DNA of 63,639 bases, counting the filler, from Octopus bimaculoides (Eukaryota), in assembly GCF_001194135.2 (NCBI RefSeq). It is 5 parts of 4 records of this genome, joined end to end, with 100 filler letters (N's around TTAATTAATTAA, not from the genome) between each part and the next. Parts side by side here need not be neighbours in the genome. Positions count along the whole stretch, not along the records: positions 1 to 17,613 come from NC_069009.1; positions 17,714 to 40,538 come from NC_068997.1; 3 more parts are not named here. One strand, given 5' to 3'. The translations under genes were made by a program, and so were the position numbers. Below the pieces are notes generated by a model. That model ran no database searches. It saw only the letters and a list, made by a program, of their open reading frames with translations, and had not been told where the DNA came from. Every line of letters starts with the position of its first letter. The first letter of the stretch is position 1. Positions 12,366-22,394 of the stretch are shown one piece after another.

Positions 12366-12437
12366 AAATCTACGATATAATGTCATCTCGCAAATTAAGC
12401 AAAGGTCCTTCGAGAACCTTCCTAGTTTACGCAGCAT
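12366..12437 (+). CDS. LRR exon 4 (NLRYNVISQIKQRSFENLPSLRSI)
   Basis: 72 bp, TTACAG/GTAAGT, phase 2/2, LRR consensus. Confidence 0.92.
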
Positions 12438-12550
12438 GTAAGTTAGATCAGACTTGTTGATACTATTTCCTTGACTGTATATTTCTAAATAATTAAACAA
12501 TTCAAATAAATGAATAAAAATGGACAACACGAGGATATGTATAAAAAAAT

Positions 12551-12618
12551 GTATTAGCTTGACGCTCGGTGAAAGGAGAGAGTTTGACGTTTCGAGCAGA
12601 GCACTTCGTCAAAAAGAG
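12551..12618 (-). ncRNA. Degenerate type I hammerhead-like motif in a repeat shared with 55694-55762
   Basis: Minus strand: cuuu UUGACGA a GUGC ucu GCUC GAAA CGU...GCG UC^AAG; C3 is U and stem II has one mismatch. Confidence 0.5.
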
Positions 12619-12696
12619 AAAGAGAAAAGTCCAAAGAAGGAAACGTATCCATGAATTTTTATGAGTATGTATATACTGAGAGACAATTAAGTGATC

Positions 12697-12741
12697 CTTG
12701 CTGATGATGCTACGGAAATAGCCGAAACTGATCAGTCAGTA
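12697..12741 (+). ncRNA. Minimal (dimer-type) hammerhead-like motif
   Basis: CUGAUGA u GCUA cggaaa UAGC c GAAA, then palindrome ACUGAUCAGU and GUC^; stem I does not pair in this copy. Confidence 0.55.
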
Positions 12742-13120
12742 TAGAGAATTTTCGAATGGTGTTTGTACTTCATTCTTCTTTCATTTTAGTAATCAGCATC
12801 ATCATCATCATGATCCCCATCACCATCATCACCACCACAATCATCATCATCATCAACGTCATCTTTATCGCTTATCTTCGTCAGTAGCAGCCTGATTTAC
12901 AGCAACACCACCATCTCCACCAACAGCATTACACTCAGTATTATCACCATCATCGTTATCATAATCTTCTTCATCCCACATCGCCATTAGCAACTTCACT
13001 CATCATCATCATCAATTCTTTCACTTCTACTTTTTCTTCTCTTCCTGCATCTAATTCATTAGACATAATATTTATTATTTCACCTGTGCTATTTCTTATC
13101 AATTCTCTTTTATATTACAG

Positions 13121-13192
13121 AAGTCTACAAAGTAATAATATCTCGAAGATTGAACAAGCGTCCTTTGAAGACCTTCCTAGTTTACGCAGCAT
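13121..13192 (+). CDS. LRR exon 5 (SLQSNNISKIEQASFEDLPSLRSI)
   Basis: 72 bp, TTACAG/GTAAGT, phase 2/2, LRR consensus. Confidence 0.92.
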
Positions 13193-13608
13193 GTAAGTTG
13201 TATCGCACTTGCTGATACTATTTCTTTGACTGTATATTTCTAAATAATTAATGTTTCCCCATATTTCTTCTATGTTTCTTTGCCACAACAAACTCACATT
13301 TTCTTCTTATGATATATACGTGTGAGAGCGTGCGTGAATGTGTGTAAGAATATGAGTGTTCGTGAACTACAGTGTTTGATGTTATCTTCCAAGAAGATAT
13401 GAGGCTGCAGGATGTATATATCTTATTAGATTATTTATTTGAAGATATTCGTAATAGGTTTAAGGTGGATAGGTCCAGTTAGAACAACGGAAACAGATAC
13501 ACATGCACACGTATACTTTTACTCTTTAGTCTTTTACTTGTTTCAATCATTTGACTGCGACCATGCTGGACACACACACCGAACATATGCACACACATGT
13601 ATACATGA

Positions 13609-13654
<46 letters not shown>

Positions 13655-14301
13655 NNNNNNNNNNNNNNNNNNNNNNNNNNNNNNNNNNNNNNNNNNNNNN
13701 NNNNNNNNNNNNNNNNNNNNNNNNNNNNNNNNNNNNNNNNNNNNNNNNNNNNNNNNNNNNNNNNNNNNNNNNNNNNNNNNNNNNNNNNNNNNNNNNNNNN
13801 NNNNNNNNNNNNNNNNNNNNNNNNNNNNNNNNNNNNNNNNNNNNNNNNNNNNNNNNNNNNNNNNNNNNNNNNNNNNNNNNNNNNNNNNNNNNNNNNNNNN
13901 NNNNNNNNNNNNNNNNNNNNNNNNNNNNNNNNNNNNNNNNNNNNNNNNNNNNNNNNNNNNNNNNNNNNNNNNNNNNNNNNNNNNNNNNNNNNNNNNNNNN
14001 NNNNNNNNNNNNNNNNNNNNNNNNNNNNNNNNNNNNNNNNNNNNNNNNNNNNNNNNNNNNNNNNNNNNNNNNNNNNNNNNNNNNNNNNNNNNNNNNNNNN
14101 NNNNNNNNNNNNNNNNNNNNNNNNNNNNNNNNNNNNNNNNNNNNNNNNNNNNNNNNNNNNNNNNNNNNNNNNNNNNNNNNNNNNNNNNNNNNNNNNNNNN
14201 NNNNNNNNNNNNNNNNNNNNNNNNNNNNNNNNNNNNNNNNNNNNNNNNNNNNNNNNNNNNNNNNNNNNNNNNNNNNNNNNNNNNNNNNNNNNNNNNNNNN
14301 N

Positions 14302-14360
<59 letters not shown>

Positions 14361-14777
14361 CGCCTCTATAACTCACATTCCCTCCCAATATGTGTGTGAG
14401 AGAGTGTTCGTGAACGTGTGCAAGAATATGAGTGTTTGAAGGCTACATCGTTGTTTGAAATTATGTGAGTGTGTGTGCATACGTATATATGTGTTTTTGT
14501 GTGTGTATATATATAAATATATATTCCATTAATCATCTTCATTCTTTTTTCCTCTTGACCACAGACCATGTTTTTTACTCTTCCAAATTGGTCAAACCTA
14601 TTCATGTGCAAAATACACCTCCAGGAGATCCATACAGAGAAGTAAACAACTGCACAGTAAACATGGGCGTTTGTTCTGTCAGCGTTGACTAAACAGAAAT
14701 TTAGAAAGTATTTGACAAGACAAAACAGATTTATTGACTTTTACGTATTTTAACTTATCTTTGTTTCTTTCTTTCAG

Positions 14778-14849
14778 AATTTTTAGTGTAAACCGAATAC
14801 AAAAGTATGAGGATGGCGCTTTCTTATTCCTTCCCAGTATAAAGAAGAT
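14778..14849 (+). CDS. LRR exon 6 (IFSVNRIQKYEDGAFLFLPSIKK[I/M])
   Basis: 72 bp, TTTCTTTCTTTCAG acceptor, GTATGT donor, phase 2/2, xNxIxxxxxGAFxxLPxI pattern. Confidence 0.85.
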
Positions 14850-15154
14850 GTATGTACAACAAAGCTCTTTATTTATTTGAAAACCGAAACACTTTGTAAA
14901 AGTAATATCATAATGAGAGATCAACAAATTCGCAATTGTTTAATACAGTTGACAATAAATAACGAGGAGATGTTTTCAGTTTTAATAAGTCAAAATGATT
15001 ATTTCCAAGTATGATGTTTAATCATTGTTAAGTCCCCGTTTACATAGCACGTGGTTTGTTTGGTCTAATTTCATCCCTGTTCATAAATACACGTAATAAA
15101 CAGGAGTTAGTTCAGTGGCCAACATACATATGTGTGCATGCACGTGTACATATA

Positions 15155-15548
15155 TACGAGGGTAGGTTGAAAAGGTCAAAGGCCGACCACGATGCAAAGG
15201 TCAAACTTAACCAAAAGTTCTTTTTTATTTTTCGACATAGTCTCCTCTATGGTCCATACACGTCTTCCATCGGTGTTGCAGTGTTGCAGTGCTTGGATTC
15301 CCGTGGTATAGAAGCTCCTATCCTGACATTCACAAAGTCCTCGACAGCAGATATGACCTTATCATTGGTCTGATACTGCTTCCAAGCCAAGTGGAGCTTT
15401 TTTTTTTAATTTAGGGAATAGAAAATAGTCAGATGGTATCAAATCAGGCGAATGTGGAAGGTGATCAACCAGTTCAAAGCCACAGTCGCGCACAACAGCC
15501 ATTGCAACCACAGACTTGCGCGCAGGAGCATTGTCCTCGTGAAGCAGT
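15155..15548 (-). mobile_element. Mariner transposon 3' fragment (fossil)
   Basis: Minus strand reads LLHEDNAPARK...DHLPHSPDLIPSDYFLFPKLK...FYTTGIQAL...RWKTCMDHRGDYVEK*, followed by a TIR-like end TACGAGGGTAGGTTGAAAAG. Confidence 0.85.
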
Positions 15549-16440
15549 TTCCACTAGAAACCATTTCACTTTTTGTTGTTATTAACACCTGGAAAGAAAG
15601 AACATGAATATCGTGATTTCTATACACTTTTGCTGAAATTATATAATCCTTGTTTCTTGTCATATCCAGCAGGAGAAACTCCTATTCATCTGAAATAGCA
15701 TTCCGTTATAAAGTTCTCTATAATNNNNNNNNNNNNNNNNNNNNNNNNNNNNNNNNNNNNNNNNNNNNNNNNNNNNNNNNNNNNNNNNNNNNNNNNNNNN
15801 NNNNNNNNNNNNNNNNNNNNNNNNNNNNNNNNNNNNNNNNNNNNNNNNNNNNNNNNNNNNNNNNNNNNNNNNNNNNNNNNNNNNNNNNNNNNNNNNNNNN
15901 NNNNNNNNNNNNNNNNNNNNNNNNNNNNNNNNNNNNNNNNNNNNNNNNNNNNNNNNNNNNNNNNNNNNNNNNNNNNNNNNNNNNNNNNNNNNNNNNNNNN
16001 NNNNNNNNNNNNNNNNNNNNNNNNNNNNNNNNNNNNNNNNNNNNNNNNNNNNNNNNNNNNNNNNNNNNNNNNNNNNNNNNNNNNNNNNNNNNNNNNNNNN
16101 NNNNNNNNNNNNNNNNNNNNNNNNNNNNNNNNNNNNNNNNNNNNNNNNNNNNNNNNNNNNNNNNNNNNNNNNNNNNNNNNNNNNNNNNNNNNNNNNNNNN
16201 NNNNNNNNNNNNNNNNNNNNNNNNNNNNNNNNNNNNNNNNNNNNNNNNNNNNNNNNNNNNNNNNNNNNNNNNNNNNNNNNNNNNNNNNNNNNNNNNNNNN
16301 NNNNNNNNNNNNNNNNNNNNNNNNNNNNNNNNNNNNNNNNNNNNNNNNNNNNNNNNNNNNNNNNNNNNNNNNNNNNNNNNNNNNNNNNNNNNNNNNNNNN
16401 NNNNNNNNNNNNNNNNNNNNNNNNNNNNNNNNNNNNNNNN

Positions 16441-16750
16441 TAATGTGAAAGTGGCTGAGCACTCCACAGACACGCGTACCCTTAACGTAGTTCTCGGGGA
16501 GATTCAGCGTGACACAGAGCGTGACAAGGCTGGCCTTTTGAAATACAGGTAAACAGAAACAGGAAGAAAGAGCGAGAGAAAGTTGTGGTGGAAGAGTACA
16601 GCAGGGTTGGCCACCATCCCCTGCCGGAGCCTCGTGGAGCTTTAGGTGTTTTCGCTCAATAAACACTCACAACGCCCGGTCTGGGAATCGAAACCGCGAT
16701 CCTATGACCGCGAGTTCGCTGCCCTAACCACTGGGTCATTGCGCCTCCAC
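16441..16750 (-). mobile_element. SINE family A copy; tail lost in gap 15725-16440
   Basis: Matches 2507-2900. Confidence 0.9.
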
Positions 16751-16811
16751 GTTATTGTTATGCATTACGCTAGTTAGTTCCTAAATACGGATATTATCTT
16801 CTTTTCTGTAG

Positions 16812-16903
16812 ATTATTCGTTATTTCAAAAGAATTTGCAGTGTCAAACATGTTCGGGGTTAATGTGCGATGATTCAGAAGTGACAAACTGTACAGGAGCA
16901 GAG
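16812..16903 (+). CDS. Three-finger (Ly6/uPAR-like) domain, exon a (xYSLFQKNLQCQTCSGLMCDDSEVTNCTGAE)
   Basis: CTTTTCTGTAG acceptor, GAG|GTAAAC donor, phase 1/0, open frame, LxCxxC start typical of LU domains. Confidence 0.82.
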
Positions 16904-17131
16904 GTAAACTAAAATCTTACTTTCTTCCCTTCTGTTAAAATATATCCAAAGCCAGTTTAACCTAACAGCTTGTACCATGCTTTCGCTAATTATCTTATGT
17001 GCCTGTATAATGGTGCTGGTGCTGGTGCTGCTGTTGCTGCTGCTGTTGCTGCTGCTGTTGCTGCTGCTGTTGCTGCTGCTGTTGCTGGTGATGGTAGTAA
17101 TAGTATATGACTTTTATATTTATCCCTGCAG

Positions 17132-17312
17132 CCTGTATGCCAAATTATGTTATCAAGGAATCGTGTTATGCCGAAGATTGAAAAATCCTGCAGCACACAC
17201 AGTAGGTGTCTCGAAGCCATGGGAAAGACCCTTGCATGCAATCAATGGACAAATGACGCTTCTTGTGTTCGTTGCTGCACCGGAAACTTATGTAACAAGG
17301 ATGACGTCATTG
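17132..17312 (+). CDS. Three-finger domain, exon b (PVCQIMLSRNRVMPKIEKSCSTHSRCLEAMGKTLACNQWTNDASCVRCCTGNLCNKDDVI)
   Basis: CCCTGCAG acceptor, G|GTAAGC donor, phase 0/1, in frame with exon a; KSC and CxxCCxxxxCN motifs. Confidence 0.88.
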
Positions 17313-17429
17313 GTAAGCGCGTTCTTTGTTCTCTCATTTCTTTATTAAATTACACCTGATTTATCATGCAAGAATTATTCATAAGAACATTGTATAATTG
17401 CTGATACACGAAAAAATATTTTATTGTAT

Positions 17430-17589
17430 GCAGGAGTGACTGTGTGGTAAGTAGCTTGCTTACCAACCACATGGTTCTGGGTTCAGTGTCTTCTACATGG
17501 TTCTGGGCAAGTGTCTTCTACTATAGCCTCGGGCCGACCAAAGCCTTGTGAGTGGATTTGGTAGACGGAAACTGAAAGAAGCTCATCGT
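17430..17589 (+). mobile_element. tRNA-derived SINE family C, 5' half (CORE-like GGGCAAGTGTCTTC), followed by (TA)n and a gap
   Basis: Reverse complement of 51605-51767; GGGTTCAG B-box-like segment. Confidence 0.8.
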
Positions 17590-17713
17590 ATATATATATA
17601 TATATATATATATNNNNNNNNNNNNNNNNNNNNNNNNNNNNNNNNNNNNNNNNNNNNTTAATTAATTAANNNNNNNNNNNNNNNNNNNNNNNNNNNNNNN
17701 NNNNNNNNNNNNN

Positions 17714-18095
17714 CTAGAAAGTTGCCTTCCTCAGAAGTTTCCAGGAACTTCGGAATTTCACACGAAGTTACCGACTCACCCTCCTTGGAACTTTCCAGGA
17801 ATCGTTCCCCCTACCCCTGCCTCGAAACTTTCCAGGAATTCGTTTCTCGGAACTTTCCGGGACGTGGCCCATTCTCCTTCTTCCTGCTGTTCGGAACTAT
17901 CCAAGAAATTGCCTCTCCTCGGAACTTTCCAGGATGTCCTCCCTCCCCTCGTAACTTTCCAGGATGCTGCCTCCCTTGGAACTTCACAGGATGTTGTTAC
18001 ACCCCTCCTGTCCTCCTTGGAACTTTCAAAGAATTTTCCCCCTCTTCAGAACTTTGCAGGAAGTTTCCCATTCTCTCTCCTCGGAACTTTCCAAT
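17714..18095. repeat. Minisatellite, about 11-12 degenerate units with core GGAACTTTCCAGGA
   Basis: Core repeated at irregular 25-50 bp spacing with C/T-rich spacers. Confidence 0.85.
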
Positions 18096-19026
18096 AAGAT
18101 GGATGGATGGTTAGATACATGGAAGGATGAATAGATAGATGGATGAATGGATGGATAGACAGAGAGACAGTCGGACAGACGGACAGATAGATAGACAGAT
18201 AGATAAACTGGTATAAAGACACGCACAATCTAATTTTACAGATTATCAAAAGTAAGAGGGGATGAACAAATGCCTGTTGTAGAATTTGTTTAATTCAACG
18301 GAATTCCTTGTATTACTTCGTGAATTACAAATCCCTAACATCCTCAGGCGAACTCGTGAAGTTTGCCTGATGAACACAGTGATGTGACACACTTTGTCTC
18401 TCTCTTTCTCACTCTCTCTCTGTATAGCTACTTCTGCGTCGTCTTCTTTCTCATTCTCCCTCTCTCGCTCATTTCATCGCATCCCTTCTTCGCTTTCATG
18501 TTACTAAGTTATTAATCAAATGAAATTTCATATTAGTTAACAAAATGTTTATTTTAAAACACACCAAAACTATGATGTGTGTATATATATACATACATAT
18601 ATATATATATACATACATAGATACATAGATANNNNNNNNNNNNNNNNNNNNNNNNNNNNNNNNNNNNNNNNNNNNNNNNNNNNNNNNNNNNNNNNNNNNN
18701 NNNNNNNNNNNNNNNNNNNNNNNNNNNNNNNNNNNNNNNNNNNNNNNNNNNNNNNNNNNNNNNNNNNNNNNNNNNNNNNNNNNNNNNNNNNNNNNNNNNN
18801 NNNNNNNNNNNNNNNNNNNNNNNNNNNNNNNNNNNNNNNNNNNNNNNNNNNNNNNNNNNNNNNNNNNNNNNNNNNNNNNNNNNNNNNNNNNNNNNNNNNN
18901 NNNNNNNNNNNNNNNNNNNNNNNNNNNNNNNNNNNNNNNNNNNNNNNNNNNNNNNNNNNNNNNNNNNNNNNNNNNNNNNNNNNNNNNNNNNNNNNNNNNN
19001 NNNNNNNNNNNNNNNNNNNNNNNNNN

Positions 19027-19066
<40 letters not shown>

Positions 19067-19374
19067 TCATGTACGTATGCATGTATGCACATATGAACAT
19101 GTACATACATATACTCACACATACACACGCACAGCCTCACAGACAATATAATTATTATTGAAGAATACGAAAAATTTTACCGCACTCATTTGGGGTAATA
19201 TCGCGGGAATAATTCCAAACTTTAATCCAATTAGCTATTCTTTCTTCTGAAACACCTTAACTCAATTATGAACTCTGATTGGTAAAATCACACAAGCGTA
19301 TGCACACTCGAATATACACTCACATGAATACACACATGAATATATTACCAAGCTGTAGACGAATATACACATAT

Positions 19375-19589
19375 TCTTTTCTACTCTAGGCAGAAGGCCC
19401 GAAATTTTTGTGGAAGTGGCCTATCGATTAGATCGACACCAGTACGTAACTGGTACTTAATTTATCGACCCCGAGAGGATGAAAGGCAAAGTCGACTTCG
19501 TAGAAATTTGAACTCAGAACGTAAAGATAGACGAAATACCGCGAAGAATTTCGCCCGGCGTGCTATGATTTTTACCAGCTCACCGCCTT
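19375..19589 (-). mobile_element. tRNA-derived SINE family B
   Basis: Minus strand begins GGCGGTGAGCTGG, B box GAGTTCAAATT; homologous to 45262-45455, 47538-47690, 53650-53856 and 57315-57530. Confidence 0.85.
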
Positions 19590-21665
19590 GCACGCATCAA
19601 TATATAACCAGGATATGCAGGAATTCGGGCGTCATATGACGTCTAAGAGGCTACATTCATGCTCCTGCAATTGATGTGCTCTTACGGGTATGTTGAAGGT
19701 GTTTCGCTACATGCAGAGCCGTGAGTTCGCGTAACTCAGACTGCATTATACGACACACATACTTTTTTTTTTATTTCCTTCCTTTCCCCTCCCAAAAAGA
19801 AAAGCTCTACATTGTATTTGTCCCATCTTCGTTGAGCCCTGTGTGGCTAATAAAAGAAATGTATCTATCTATCTATCTATCTATCTATCTAATCTATGTA
19901 TCCACTGAAAAATTCGCCATTACGTAAGTTCTTCTAATGGGATTTGGTCAACCACAGAAACCATAGAATATATCAGCTGTCAATTTTCCATCATCACTTG
20001 TAGTCCGTGATGGTCCAAAATAATTAACATATACATATTTTCTGCTGTTTGCTTCCCATTTGTTTTAAAAAAGAAATTAGAGTGTGATTTCAAGGAGTGA
20101 GATTTGGCGTTACAGCTTCGAATAGGTCCATTTTGCACTTAGTCGATCTGATGTCTAAAAGAGCGTAAAGAAATAGATAACCTATGAATGATATGTCAAG
20201 TGCTGAGACAGGACGTTCATTGATTATCGACACCATCTTTGGTGACACGATTGAGAAAAAAGCAAAACAATGAAACAAATTGCATTGCAATGGCTTCTAT
20301 TGTGACTCAGATTATGGAGGAACGTTTCGCCTTTAAAAATGAAATATTGTTTAATAATGCAGGATTTTTAATTTTTACGCTATCAAGCTTTTGTTCTTTA
20401 ATTATTCAACAGTAAGCTGAGAAATGTCCCATTCCGGCTTAAATGATTTAATCTATGCAAAGGATGTTGGCGAAAAAGAAATTATCGACTGTTCGGCAAG
20501 ATGTTCAACACTCTCGTCAAGACATTTTTGTTTAATCAAACTTTAATTCATCAAAAGCCATGTTAAGGTCTTATATCTTGAGTCGAGATTGCAATCCAAT
20601 CTCTATGACAAACAAGTAAAAAGAAATAATTCAACGTCTGAACGGTAGACCTTCCAGCTTGCGATTTCCTAAAAGTTTCACTTATATTTATGTACAAAAA
20701 AAGATTGAATGAAGAATTAATGGCTACCCCACTCAGAAACGATGTATAATTAATATAATTGAGTCACACAAAAAAATAAACACTAGAATTTACTACTTTT
20801 ACAATTGAAATCAGATATTCACTGTGTTTTTGAAATCTATCAATTATTTTACCTGCATTGAAAATCTTTGCTACAGAAACACTAAATCCTTTTAAAAGGA
20901 ACTTTTCTGTGTATAACCTATCGGCCATTCTTTACATTACTTTTTACCTAAATATTTTTGTAATGAACTGGACAAATAAGTGGTGTTAGTCGCCATCGTT
21001 AGTTCTTTCGGGTCCTTCAACAATCATACACTCACAACATAAGAATTCAACTGCAGCTTATCAAACCCCAACTTGTGCCCAAGTAACACTTCAATCCAGA
21101 TAGCATTACCCCTTCAGACCACTTGTCTTCTGATCATCCGCTCACACCTTGCGGCAACTTCTGTTCAGTTTCTACGTTGATAACATTTATGTCATGGAGT
21201 TAACATACGATACAATTATAAATACTGGCATAGATTTTTGGTCAAAACAAACCTGCAATACACAAGCTTCCTGTCCATCTCAGAAAGATCGATAGTAGAA
21301 GATTTCATATATTTCCTATCATATAAAGAATAGATAATTTATACAAACACACACAAACAAGCACACTAAGAAAGAAAGAAGAGAAGGAGAGAGAAACAAA
21401 GTAGGTACATGTATATGTGTGTGCTAGAGTAGGTGTGTACGTGTATATATCATCTGGTGTTTTCAATCATTCAATCTTTATGTAGATATGAATGTGTATG
21501 TGTCTGTCTAAATTTATATATATATAAATAAATACAGGCATTATGTGTGTATGTGTCAGTGTGTATATCGATAAAGATGTGCATCTATCATTATAGATGT
21601 TTGAATATATGTGTGTAGGTATAAAAATATGTACGCATGTATACAAATATAAACATATGCATATA

Positions 21666-21726
<61 letters not shown>

Positions 21727-22259
21727 GGAGACACAGAGAAAAAGAGAGAGAGAAAGAGAGAGACGTATACATACAGACCTGTTCATGGGGTGTGTCTATA
21801 CGCATGTACAGGAGCACGCGCACGTGTGAGCCGTCTATCTTAAGGCTGGATAATGTATCGTTGTGAAATTAACAGTAAGTTCTCAATATCAAGCAGAATT
21901 CAATTAGATCCAGCGAAGGTGTTTGTTAATCAGATTTAACATTCAATAATTCACGCCAGCTTCCCTTATTAATACAATTAGGTAACCGTTAATGTGTTAC
22001 AAAGACGAACATTTCATTGCACTTATATTTCCATAACGCTCTTAGCTTCATCTGAAAACGACTGCCTATCTACCCATTTTTGCATTTTCCCAGCTATCTT
22101 CCTAATTATCAGCCTCCATACGAACCTAGTTAACTACCTACCCTACCTGCATGACTACTTACATCCCTAATTTTCTAAGTACATACATACCTACATATAC
22201 CTGCATACCTACATATACCTACATACCTACAGATACACAGAAGTATGTGTTCCCATACA

Positions 22260-22291
<32 letters not shown>

Positions 22292-22325
22292 ATTATATCG
22301 CTATGTACATTTATCTACCTACCTC

Positions 22326-22394
<69 letters not shown>

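Noticed and set aside
14565-14641. AG/GT-bounded segment after a strong pyrimidine tract between LRR exons
   Set aside because: 77 nt breaks the frame and has no LRR pattern
17658-17669. TTAATTAATTAA inside N runs (also 40583-40594, 55364-55375, 58009-58020)
   Set aside because: Centred in 100-bp gaps (44 N + 12 + 44 N where counted) and gives stops in all six frames; an assembly spacer marking gaps of unknown size
18242-18251. 10-nt micro-exon candidate (TTTTACAG...GTAAGA)
   Set aside because: No real pyrimidine tract and no way to support it without reads
18322-18410. CTGATGA next to the hairpin TCAGGCGAACT/AGTTTGCCTGA, as a hammerhead
   Set aside because: GAAA is GACA, and neither the type I nor type III parse gives both an NUH site and a paired stem I
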